Notes under the pieces: generated by a model
Databases searched by the model: none
Told to the model about the DNA's origin: nothing
The model's input: the letters and a program-made list of their open reading frames with translations, nothing else
Program-made: the position numbers and the translations under genes
In this document: positions 19,236 to 27,478 of the stretch, one piece after another
Layout of the letters: each line of letters begins with the position of its first letter
How positions within the stretch are numbered: the first letter of the stretch is position 1
Origin: an uncultured Thermoplasmata archaeon
GTDB lineage: Archaea > Thermoplasmatota > Thermoplasmata > UBA10834
NCBI GenBank assembly: GCA_963719945.1
Contig: CAVRDX010000004.1
Coordinates: forward strand, 181,959-245,958
Length of the DNA: 64,000 nt
Direction: 5' to 3'

Positions 19236-21041
19236 ATGAGTGCGGAGTCCGAGCTGCTGTTCCAGATGGGCGCCATCATGCTGCTTGCGTTCGTGGCTGC
19301 CACGCTCGCTGGCAAGCTGAACCAGTCGGTCATGATCGGATACATAGTGATAGGTATCCTAATCGGTCCGAAGATGAGCTTCGAAATCTTCGGGTTCGAA
19401 TACCGCGGTTTCATAAGTGACACGAGCCTGATCGAGATACTGTCTTTCGTCGGCCTCGTAATGCTGATGTTCTTCGTAGGTCTGGAATTTTCATTCTCTA
19501 AATTAAAGAAGACGCGCACGCCTGCGATAATCCTGGCCATCATCGACGTTAGCGTGGGGTTGTTTGTGGGGTTCATCTTCGCGTCCTACCTCGGGTGGCC
19601 ATTGATCGATTCGATCTTTCTCGCTGGCGTCATAGCGATGAGCAGTTCGAGCATAGCCATGAAGGTGCTGTTCGATCTAAAGCGGATGTCCAGCCCGGAG
19701 GTGGAGTTCCTCATAGGCTTGGTCATAGTCGAGACTTTCATAGCGATGCTAATACTCGCTGTAGCGAGCGGGATGGTCGTCAGACCAGACAGCAACCCGA
19801 TGGAATATGGACAGTTGCTCCTCGGCATGGCCGCGTTCTATGCCTTCTTCATATGGGTCGCTATGTGGGCCGTTCCCAAGGTCGTTTCGTTCTTCAACAG
19901 CATAGAGAATGACGAACTCTTCATTCTGTTCGCGCTCGGAATAGTCTTCCTCACGGCTGGGTTCGCTGCTGCGATGAACGTGCCCCCCATCATAGGCGCA
20001 TTCTTCATCGGGATGATACTCGCGGAGACGAATGTGTCCGTGCGTATTCGCTCGAAACTGGAATCATTCAAGGACGCGTTTGTGGCGATATTCTTCACTT
20101 CCTTCGGGATGATGATCGACCCTGCGATGTTCTCCGATGTGATCTGGATGGTGGCCATCGCCATCCCGCTCGTGCTGTTCTACGAGATATTCGTCATATC
20201 TTCGGTCACATATTTCCTCGGATTCTCGGCGAAGGCTGCCACAACGATCGGTACCAGTGCTACTGGAAGAGGCGTCGAGTCCATTCTGTTCGCTAGTGTG
20301 GGTAGCAATGTCCAAGGTGCGACCATGGGCTCTCTGCTCAATCCGTTCGCGGGCGCCTTCTGCTTCGGCATGAGCGCGGTCACTTCAGTATTCGTCAAGC
20401 ACTCGACGACTCTGGCAAACGCGCTCTCGAAGGTGATTCCGGCCCCATTGAAATTCTCAGGCTCAGTCATATCCAGAACGCTGGGAAAGGCTGTGATGCC
20501 ATCATCTATTCGGATATTCAAGGGCGCGAAGATGACGGGAGCACTACTGCTGTCATTCGTGATACTCTCCACAATAATCCTGATGGTGAAGCCACCGCTG
20601 CACCTGCTGTTCGTGGGCTGTGGCATCATAATGACGTTCGTGATATACTTCGTGATAAGGTTCGAAGTGACAGAGATTGTAAAGCATGTGAACTACTCCA
20701 ATCTCGGCGTGAGATCAGAGCGCAAGAGCGCTATCGTGGATTTGGTGACTTGGCTGATATTCGGCTCAGTTCTCTCAGTCCTCATAGTGGTCTCGATATG
20801 GACATACCTGTGGCAACTGTCTCTGATAGTGGCTATCTCTTATCTGGTCGGTCTATGCTACCTCATGTTTGCGACGCACAAGCACCTGTATGCCGAACAG
20901 GCCGCCTTCGTCCCACCCATATACACGATGCCTCGACCCGAGGCCAATGAAGAAGATGATGGCGGCAATGGCCATGCAAAACCTTTGCCGAAAGCAGTGT
21001 ATGGCGTCGTGAAGACGCTTCCAAAGAACATGCGACTGTAG
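19236..21041 (+). CDS. Cation:proton antiporter (CPA2 family) with extra C-terminal TM helices
   Basis: GYIVIGILIGP, MFFVGLEFS, SSSSIAMK, IGAFFIG, FFTSFG. Confidence 0.88.
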   Translation: MSAESELLFQMGAIMLLAFVAATLAGKLNQSVMIGYIVIGILIGPKMSFEIFGFEYRGFISDTSLIEILSFVGLVMLMFFVGLEFSFSKLKKTRTPAIILAIIDVSVGLFVGFIFASYLGWPLIDSIFLAGVIAMSSSSIAMKVLFDLKRMSSPEVEFLIGLVIVETFIAMLILAVASGMVVRPDSNPMEYGQLLLGMAAFYAFFIWVAMWAVPKVVSFFNSIENDELFILFALGIVFLTAGFAAAMNVPPIIGAFFIGMILAETNVSVRIRSKLESFKDAFVAIFFTSFGMMIDPAMFSDVIWMVAIAIPLVLFYEIFVISSVTYFLGFSAKAATTIGTSATGRGVESILFASVGSNVQGATMGSLLNPFAGAFCFGMSAVTSVFVKHSTTLANALSKVIPAPLKFSGSVISRTLGKAVMPSSIRIFKGAKMTGALLLSFVILSTIILMVKPPLHLLFVGCGIIMTFVIYFVIRFEVTEIVKHVNYSNLGVRSERKSAIVDLVTWLIFGSVLSVLIVVSIWTYLWQLSLIVAISYLVGLCYLMFATHKHLYAEQAAFVPPIYTMPRPEANEEDDGGNGHAKPLPKAVYGVVKTLPKNMRL

Positions 21042-21173
21042 CGCTCGGAGCGATACGTGGATCGCTGTTCATCCATGATGAAAAGAGCCCTCCCAGGTTC
21101 GCACTTGACCATCAAGGGACGATTGGGTCGAGTATGATAATCATCATATCATCTACTGACCAATCGCCCTTCA

Positions 21174-21785
21174 ATGACCGAGAAGCCAAAGGGCAGTTAT
21201 GTCGTAGGGTTGTACAGCGGCGTTCTCGCAATCATCACTTTCTGCGTGCTGTATCCAATTGCAGCTTACCAGGATCCAAACTATAGATTTCTCGACGACT
21301 ATCTGAGCGACCTGGGTGTGGGCCCAGGTGCGTGGGCTTTCAACTCTGCACTTATCGTGACCGGTTCTCTCTTGACAGTGTTCGCAATATTTGGGGTGTA
21401 TCAAGCAATCGGAATTGGCATATGGTCTAGGCTGAGCTCGTCTGCGCTAGCACTATCTGGAGCATTCCTGGTGTGCATTGGAATATTCACCGAGGATTTC
21501 GACGAGATACACACATTCTTCTCGTTCGCCTTTTTCATCACATTATTGATCACACTTGGGCTGATGTCCATCGCTATGTTCAGGACCAAGGCACTCGGCT
21601 CAATTGGCACTGGAGTTTCGATAAGTGCCTTCGTAGCAGGAGCGGCGTTGATCCCGCTGGGAGCGAATCCATTCACAGAGACCATTGCTGTCTTGACCAT
21701 ACTGGCATGGGGCTCTGCGATTACGATTCTTATGCTTCTGAAGAACCGTGTCCGGGGCTCAAATGAATCACATCTACGCCGTTAA
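21174..21785 (+). CDS. DUF998-family membrane protein
   Basis: YLSDLG...FN, IGIFTED...H; multiple TM helices. Confidence 0.8.
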   Translation: MTEKPKGSYVVGLYSGVLAIITFCVLYPIAAYQDPNYRFLDDYLSDLGVGPGAWAFNSALIVTGSLLTVFAIFGVYQAIGIGIWSRLSSSALALSGAFLVCIGIFTEDFDEIHTFFSFAFFITLLITLGLMSIAMFRTKALGSIGTGVSISAFVAGAALIPLGANPFTETIAVLTILAWGSAITILMLLKNRVRGSNESHLRR

Positions 21786-21873
21786 GTGTGCCCTACAATC
21801 ATTTTAAAACCGTAGAGCAATCAGCATCGCTAAGCAGGCCTGCATTCGCAGGCTGGAATAGAGGTCGAACGAA

Positions 21874-23079
21874 ATGAAAGCCAACGAGTACAGGGAACTT
21901 GAGGGGAAATACGGGGCGCACAACTACCACCCGTTGCCAGTTGTACTGTCCAAGGCCAAGGGCGTTTGGGTCTGGGATGTCGACGGCAACAAGTACATCG
22001 ACATGCTGAGCTCATACTCCGCAATCAACCAGGGGCATCTTCACCCTAAGATTGTCGCTGCGGCAATCGAACAGCTCAACAGGATTTCCCTTTCATCGAG
22101 AGCGTTCTCGAACGACAGGATGGGACCGTACCTGAAGAAGCTCTGCGACATCAGCGGTATGGAGATGGCTCTGCCAATGAACACTGGTGCAGAGGCTGTG
22201 GAGACTGCGCTGAAGCTAGCTCGCAGGTGGGCGTACCAGAAGAAAGGCGTTCCTGAGAACAAGGGCGAGCTGATAGTCTGCGAGAACAACTTCCATGGGA
22301 GGACTACGACTATCATCAGCTTCTCATCGGACCCGGATTCCAAGAAGGGCTTCGGTCCATACACGCCGGGCTTCGTAACCATTCCATACAACGATATCAA
22401 GAGCTTCGAGAATGCTATCACCCCGAACACGATCGGTATCATGGTCGAGCCGATCCAAGGTGAGGCCGGTATTAACGTGCCATCTCCTGGCTACTTGAAG
22501 GAACTCAGAAGGATATGCACTGAGAAAGGTATTCTGCTCATAATCGATGAGATCCAGACAGGGTTCGCCAGAACCGGCAAGATGTTCGCCTTCGAGCACG
22601 ACGGAATCAAGCCGGATATCCTCTGTGTCGGAAAGGCACTCGGCGGAGGGTTGTATCCAGTATCGGCAGCACTCTCGACCAGGGAGATCATGAGTGTGTT
22701 CACACCTGGCTCGCACGGCAGCACATTCGGTGGTAACCCCCTCGCATGCGCTATCGCAGAGGCCGCTCTGGACGTGCTGATTGATGAGGAACTGACTGAG
22801 AGGTCCACTGAAATGGGTGCATACTTCGTCAAGAGGTTGAAGGAAATCAAGACCCCTAAGATCAAGGAGATCAGGGCGAAGGGATTGCTCATCGGTGTCG
22901 AGTTCCACCTCGGTCCAAAGGAGACGGTCAGACCGATATGCGAGAAGCTCATGCAGAACGGAGTTCTTGCGAAGGACACCCATGAGAAGACCATCAGGTT
23001 CGCACCTCCGCTCACAATCACAACGGATGAGATCGACTGGGCGATGGAGCGGGTCAAGAAGGTCTTTGAAGACTATTGA
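21874..23079 (+). CDS. rocD: Ornithine--oxo-acid transaminase
   Basis: GAHNYHPLPVV, EPIQGEAG, DEIQTG, GKALGGG, HGSTFGGNP. Confidence 0.94.
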   Translation: MKANEYRELEGKYGAHNYHPLPVVLSKAKGVWVWDVDGNKYIDMLSSYSAINQGHLHPKIVAAAIEQLNRISLSSRAFSNDRMGPYLKKLCDISGMEMALPMNTGAEAVETALKLARRWAYQKKGVPENKGELIVCENNFHGRTTTIISFSSDPDSKKGFGPYTPGFVTIPYNDIKSFENAITPNTIGIMVEPIQGEAGINVPSPGYLKELRRICTEKGILLIIDEIQTGFARTGKMFAFEHDGIKPDILCVGKALGGGLYPVSAALSTREIMSVFTPGSHGSTFGGNPLACAIAEAALDVLIDEELTERSTEMGAYFVKRLKEIKTPKIKEIRAKGLLIGVEFHLGPKETVRPICEKLMQNGVLAKDTHEKTIRFAPPLTITTDEIDWAMERVKKVFEDY

Positions 23080-23160
23080 TAAACATCACTGCACGGGGTT
23101 TTGAATCCCCGTGGCAATCTTATTTTTCTGAGTTGCATCATATCCCTACTTGGAGTTTGT

Positions 23161-23577
23161 ATGGAAGTTGCGCGAAACGGCAACCTGATCTTTCTGCGTC
23201 TCGATCACGACGATGATATTCTGGCCAAGGTTCATGAAATCATCGCATCTGAAAAGTCGACGATGGTCTTTACTACTGGACTGGGGATGATTCACGATTT
23301 CGAGTTGGGGTACTTCGATAAAGGACAATACCTGAAGAAACACTACATTGAGCCACACGAGCTTCTCTCGGTCCAGGGTTCAGTGTCCTCCGATGGCGAA
23401 TCGAGAATCCATATCCACATCACAGTAGCGGACAAGACACATCAGGCCTTCGGAGGTCATCTGCTATCCGGACGGGTCTGGATGAGCAATGAGTTGGTGT
23501 TGTTGACGGTCGATGGTGTGCGGTCAAAGCGAGAAATCGATCCGGTCAAGAAAGTCGCAATCCTTCACTTCCAATGA
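23161..23577 (+). CDS. PPC/DUF296 domain protein
   Basis: ELLSVQGSV, HIHITV, FGGHL. Confidence 0.88.
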   Translation: MEVARNGNLIFLRLDHDDDILAKVHEIIASEKSTMVFTTGLGMIHDFELGYFDKGQYLKKHYIEPHELLSVQGSVSSDGESRIHIHITVADKTHQAFGGHLLSGRVWMSNELVLLTVDGVRSKREIDPVKKVAILHFQ

Positions 23578-23589
23578 CCTGGATCTTCG

Positions 23590-24543
23590 TTAGGGCAGAT
23601 CCTTGACCATCAATACTTCCACCGATTCGACCTTGAATCCGGCTGACTTGTACATGCCAAGAGCCTTCTCGTTCTCAGCATCGACCATTAGCAGAATCCG
23701 TTCGGCTCCTTGAGACTTCAGCCAATTCACACTATCGAGAAGGAGATTCCTACCCAACCCAAGCCTGCGATGTGATTTGACGACTCCCAGGATGGCCACC
23801 CATCCTTCCCTCACACCTTCGCCTTCGACCTTGGGAGGTCTATCCTCACTCATTACGAACCCAACCGTTTTCCCATCGTCCACCGCGAATGTGACTGCAA
23901 ACACATCGTTTGTAGCCTCGAAAAAATTCTTGAACCTGTCCATTGTGACGGGCGCGTAGTTGAAATGATCTACAAACGATTCGTTTCGAACATCAACGAT
24001 TCTCGACGACAGGTTTTCGATGTCATCCTCGATGAGTATGCGCTCGACCCGGATGTCTTTCAGGAACGCAGCTTCCTCTGATTCGCAATTCTCGTTTCGA
24101 ACCATTTCGTAATACTTGCGAACTTCATGGAAACCCGCACTCTCCAACAATCTCTTCTTCCAGGTGTCAATCTGGTAGCACGGGATCTGTGTCGCAGATA
24201 CGCCGCGACCTGCGAGATACTCGAGGGACTTCTCCAGAAGTATTTCTTCGATTCCGTCACATCTATGGTTCCGCATGACCTCGATGTCGAAATAAGAATC
24301 TCTCAATCCATAGGCCAGTCTTGCTCGATCAACAAGTCCATTTGCATAACCGACAGCTTCTCCATCGATGATTGCCAGCCAGGCACCTTTCGGATCGTAA
24401 TCGCTATCGAGAAAAGTCTCTGCCCTCATCTCATCCGGGTTGACTGTTCTTTGTGAGGGTAGACCTGCTCTTGAATCGTTTGAAACCTTCGCCATCGATT
24501 CGACATCATTCTCAGTTGGATGTCGGTACTCTATTCCAGGCAT
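23590..24543 (-). CDS. Tandem-domain GNAT acetyltransferase
   Basis: Two GNAT folds; LGVVKSHRRLGLGRNL, NEKALGMYKSAGF. Confidence 0.85.
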   Translation of the reverse strand: MPGIEYRHPTENDVESMAKVSNDSRAGLPSQRTVNPDEMRAETFLDSDYDPKGAWLAIIDGEAVGYANGLVDRARLAYGLRDSYFDIEVMRNHRCDGIEEILLEKSLEYLAGRGVSATQIPCYQIDTWKKRLLESAGFHEVRKYYEMVRNENCESEEAAFLKDIRVERILIEDDIENLSSRIVDVRNESFVDHFNYAPVTMDRFKNFFEATNDVFAVTFAVDDGKTVGFVMSEDRPPKVEGEGVREGWVAILGVVKSHRRLGLGRNLLLDSVNWLKSQGAERILLMVDAENEKALGMYKSAGFKVESVEVLMVKDLP

Positions 24544-24674
24544 TATTCTCAACACGGATATGCTGGATCTTTTGGATATAGTCTTTGCAGGCATCTTGTT
24601 TGAATGATTAGGGATCCAATCTCGAAATCGGACTCTGTATCAACAGCCATCGGTCCAGGCATCGTTATCATGGT

Positions 24675-25064
24675 TCATCTCTTGTTTCCGCATTTCAAAC
24701 AAGTATCTCTATGAGCGCAAAGGATTCCTTCGCATTTGGGACATTTCCATCTTATTTTTTCATTCGCAACGAATTTTCTTATCCCATATTCTTGAATATT
24801 CTCAAGGTTCTCGATCATGCTCATCCCATATCTGGTCCTATATCTCTTATCCAATTGTCTCATCCTTTTGCATGGGAACTCGTCGCATGAGAAACAGAAT
24901 CTTGGGGTCTTCAGGTTCATGCACCTTCTAATAATGCATCTGGAATGATGAGGGGTTTTGTTCAGATTTTCATAGTTGCATCCCGGACATCTGTTTTTCA
25001 CTCTCTGATGACCTAGGCAGATTGCACAATTCATTCCGCACGGAGCGATCAATTTCAGATTCAT
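24675..25064 (-). CDS. DUF3795-family Cys-rich protein
   Basis: IAPCGMNCAIC, CPGC, CFSCDEFPC, YGMSMIENL, CPKC; GAGGAG RBS. Confidence 0.85.
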   Translation of the reverse strand: MNLKLIAPCGMNCAICLGHQRVKNRCPGCNYENLNKTPHHSRCIIRRCMNLKTPRFCFSCDEFPCKRMRQLDKRYRTRYGMSMIENLENIQEYGIRKFVANEKIRWKCPKCEGILCAHRDTCLKCGNKR

Positions 25065-25358
25065 GGTAACTCCTCTAGAAATCTGGTCTGTCATTCCCCG
25101 CCCCTTTGACAGAGATATTCTCCTCATTGCTTGACTATTTACTGGATATAATCGCTTTTCGATATGGCCGGCACCAGAAGTCATTCTTCCCGTTCAAGTT
25201 CTTGGCCAAGCCCGCATTGTCTTGTCGTGATGGCATTCAGGAGACGTGCGCGAATGGAATTCGGGCCAGTTCGAGAATCTGAAGGCTATCTGGAATGATA
25301 TATGCAGAAGTCGTCAATAGCCTCGTCCTAGTGCAACTACTCCTCTGATAATTGAGAG

Positions 25359-25430
25359 TGCGGCTGCCGGGATTCGAACCCGGGCTTGAAGCTTGGGAAG
25401 CTTCAGTCCTAACCACTAGACTACAGCCGC
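25359..25430 (-). tRNA. tRNA-Gly(CCC), intronless
   Basis: GCGGCTG/CAGCCGC acceptor stem, GAAGC-TTCCCAA-GCTTC anticodon arm, GGTTCGAATCC T arm; TTTAAA box about 28 nt upstream. Confidence 0.96.
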
Positions 25431-25484
25431 TTGTCAAGCACGAATGTGGCATTTTGATTTAAACATATCCGAATCGGAGACAAC

Positions 25485-26189
25485 CTATGGCGTCTCGATC
25501 ACTGACAGGAAATGGTAACCGTCCCTCGAGACAATCTCCTTCGAATCCAATATTATGGGGTGTGCGAGCATCGGCCCGTCCGTCACCACTGTATGATACT
25601 CTCCGTTCTCTCCTGCCGCATCTATGCCCAAGGTTTCCATCTCTCTGACGATATCAGGTGTCAGAGTCTTCCCGAGATAACTCTTATCCAATACGCCGTC
25701 CTTGACGGATACGATCATGGCCTTGAAACCCCTTTCGAAGAACTCGGCCATCAGCTCTCGTCTTCCCGTCTTCCAGAGTGGAAGAGCCGCCTTCATCCCC
25801 ATCTCCGAACTGACCCTCTCGACCCATTCCCTGTGACCTTCGAGGTCTATGTCACCGAAGACTCCATGGGTTATCCCTTGCTTCTTCAGTTCCTCCAGCG
25901 CATCTTTGAATTGCTCTTCATACCCTTCCCAGGAGGCGTTCCTGGTCATCAGTGGGATCCCCATCGCTCTGGCCTGGCTATCGATCACAGAGACGGGCAA
26001 TCCATGTCCTCGCGATCTATCGCCAGTCTCGATCAACATGGTCAGAAGATTTCTCGGCGATGCTCCAAGCTCGATTGCATGGAACAATGCGAGTGCGGAG
26101 TCCTTACCTCCGCTCCAAGAACAAAAGAATGGTGTTTCGGGAACCAGCGTCTCTACTTCACATTTTCGAGCTGGCTTATGATGTTCCAT
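25485..26189 (-). CDS. Diphthine--ammonia ligase-like ATP pyrophosphatase (DUF71)
   Basis: SWSGGKDS PP-loop, GDIDL..H, GENGEYHT; start uncertain. Confidence 0.88.
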   Translation of the reverse strand: MEHHKPARKCEVETLVPETPFFCSWSGGKDSALALFHAIELGASPRNLLTMLIETGDRSRGHGLPVSVIDSQARAMGIPLMTRNASWEGYEEQFKDALEELKKQGITHGVFGDIDLEGHREWVERVSSEMGMKAALPLWKTGRRELMAEFFERGFKAMIVSVKDGVLDKSYLGKTLTPDIVREMETLGIDAAGENGEYHTVVTDGPMLAHPIILDSKEIVSRDGYHFLSVIETP

Positions 26190-26407
26190 ATGAGCGTCCG
26201 CCCGTGGAGTGGTATGTTCGGATCATTGGCTAGTTCGTCGAGGATCATGATAGCGCTCGCGCTCCTGATGTCCAAAGCCTCCTCTTTGTGCGACAGTCTC
26301 TCCTTTGCTTGTGTCGCACCGCGCCGGATGTTCCTAGGGACCGAGTTGTCCTCGGCCAGCTGGTCCAACACCTCCATGATCTGTCTAAGCTTTGTTTCCA
26401 TATCCAT
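26153..26407 (-). CDS. UPF0147-family protein
   Basis: DNSVPRNIRR, DPNIPLHGRTLIW. Confidence 0.92.
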   Translation of the reverse strand: MDMETKLRQIMEVLDQLAEDNSVPRNIRRGATQAKERLSHKEEALDIRSASAIMILDELANDPNIPLHGRTLIWNIISQLENVK

Positions 26408-26453
26408 AACGCTCACCTTCGAAAGTGATTTTTAATGAGGAAAGCGGAGAAAA

Positions 26454-26798
26454 CTATTCCTTCGGCTCTTCCTCAACTTCGACCTTGATCTTGCCTCTTT
26501 CCTTGAACGTCGTGACGACCATGAAAGTCTTGGTCTCCTTCACGCCGTTTATGTCTGCGACATTGTCGACTATGAACCTCTTGAGGGCTCCATAATTAGG
26601 GAACCTTGCTTTTGCGAAGATATCCGTGTCCCCGGTGACCAGGAACACATCCTCGATATGGTCGTAGGATGCGATCTTCTCCGCGACCTCGTCGGACCCC
26701 TTCGTATCAATCTTGAAGCTGATTAGGGCCGTGACTTGTTCCTCACCATAGTACGTCGAGATGATCTCCTCGTACTCCTTCTTGTCCTTATCTTCCAT
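26454..26798 (-). CDS. Lrp/AsnC ligand-binding domain protein
   Basis: VFLVTGDTDIFAK, GVKETKTFMV. Confidence 0.85.
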   Translation of the reverse strand: MEDKDKKEYEEIISTYYGEEQVTALISFKIDTKGSDEVAEKIASYDHIEDVFLVTGDTDIFAKARFPNYGALKRFIVDNVADINGVKETKTFMVVTTFKERGKIKVEVEEEPKE

Positions 26799-26936
26799 GT
26801 CTTCGCCCCCTGATTGAGGATGCCTCTATCCGCGTCGCGCGGTTATCCAAGCTCAGGCGCCCCTAGGGTCAACAAGAGCCTTATCCTATGCATTCCCGGA
26901 AGGGACTGCTTGATAAGGTTCGGTACGAGCCCGATG

Positions 26937-27107
26937 TTACAGGCGTGCGCCTTCGAATTCTTCTTGGAGGTCTATGATCACTTGTTCAAGGATCTCCTCC
27001 AAGCTGGCGCTCCTGTACTCTCGCATTCCACCAAGGTCACTCTGAACTCTTGCAACATACGATGCGTTGCTCTTCAGAAACTCAACGTTGCACAAGGGCT
27101 CTTCCAT
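26937..27107 (-). CDS. Small 56-aa acidic hypothetical protein
   Basis: Manual translation MEEPLCNVEFLKSNASYVARVQSDLGGMREYRSASLEEILEQVIIDLQEEFEGARL*; GGGGTGA RBS; BRE/TATA-like GAAAGGTCTAAATA upstream. Confidence 0.75.
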   Translation of the reverse strand: MEEPLCNVEFLKSNASYVARVQSDLGGMREYRSASLEEILEQVIIDLQEEFEGARL

Positions 27108-27478
27108 CCGTGTTCACCCCATCTGGCCCAGGCACCACCCGAGGCCATGGTTAGCGCGCTGGTGCGCCATATATCCTCTATTATTTAGACCTTTCTTAAA
27201 TTCCTTCCGGTGACCGGACGGGCCAGAATGCCGTCTGGCACGGGTCTGGGTCTGATGATGGGTGCCTTCAGGTCTGATCCATGCCCTCTAGCATACTCTA
27301 CCTGACGGGTTTACAATGTTCAAGTTCGGCCAATGCCAGCGACCAAGTATTATATATCGCAGCAACAGTAATCCCAGATCGATGAACTCGGCAGCCAATA
27401 GCCTTATCATAATTATAGGCTGATTCTTGCCCCCATTGCCGAGTTTGTATTAGAGGCCTTTTGGAGGGATTTGTTGTT

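Noticed and set aside
25237-25452. 71-aa ORF over tRNA-Gly, and ORFs 63436-63630 and 63450-63686 over tRNA-Lys
   Set aside because: They overlap tRNA genes and show no protein features.
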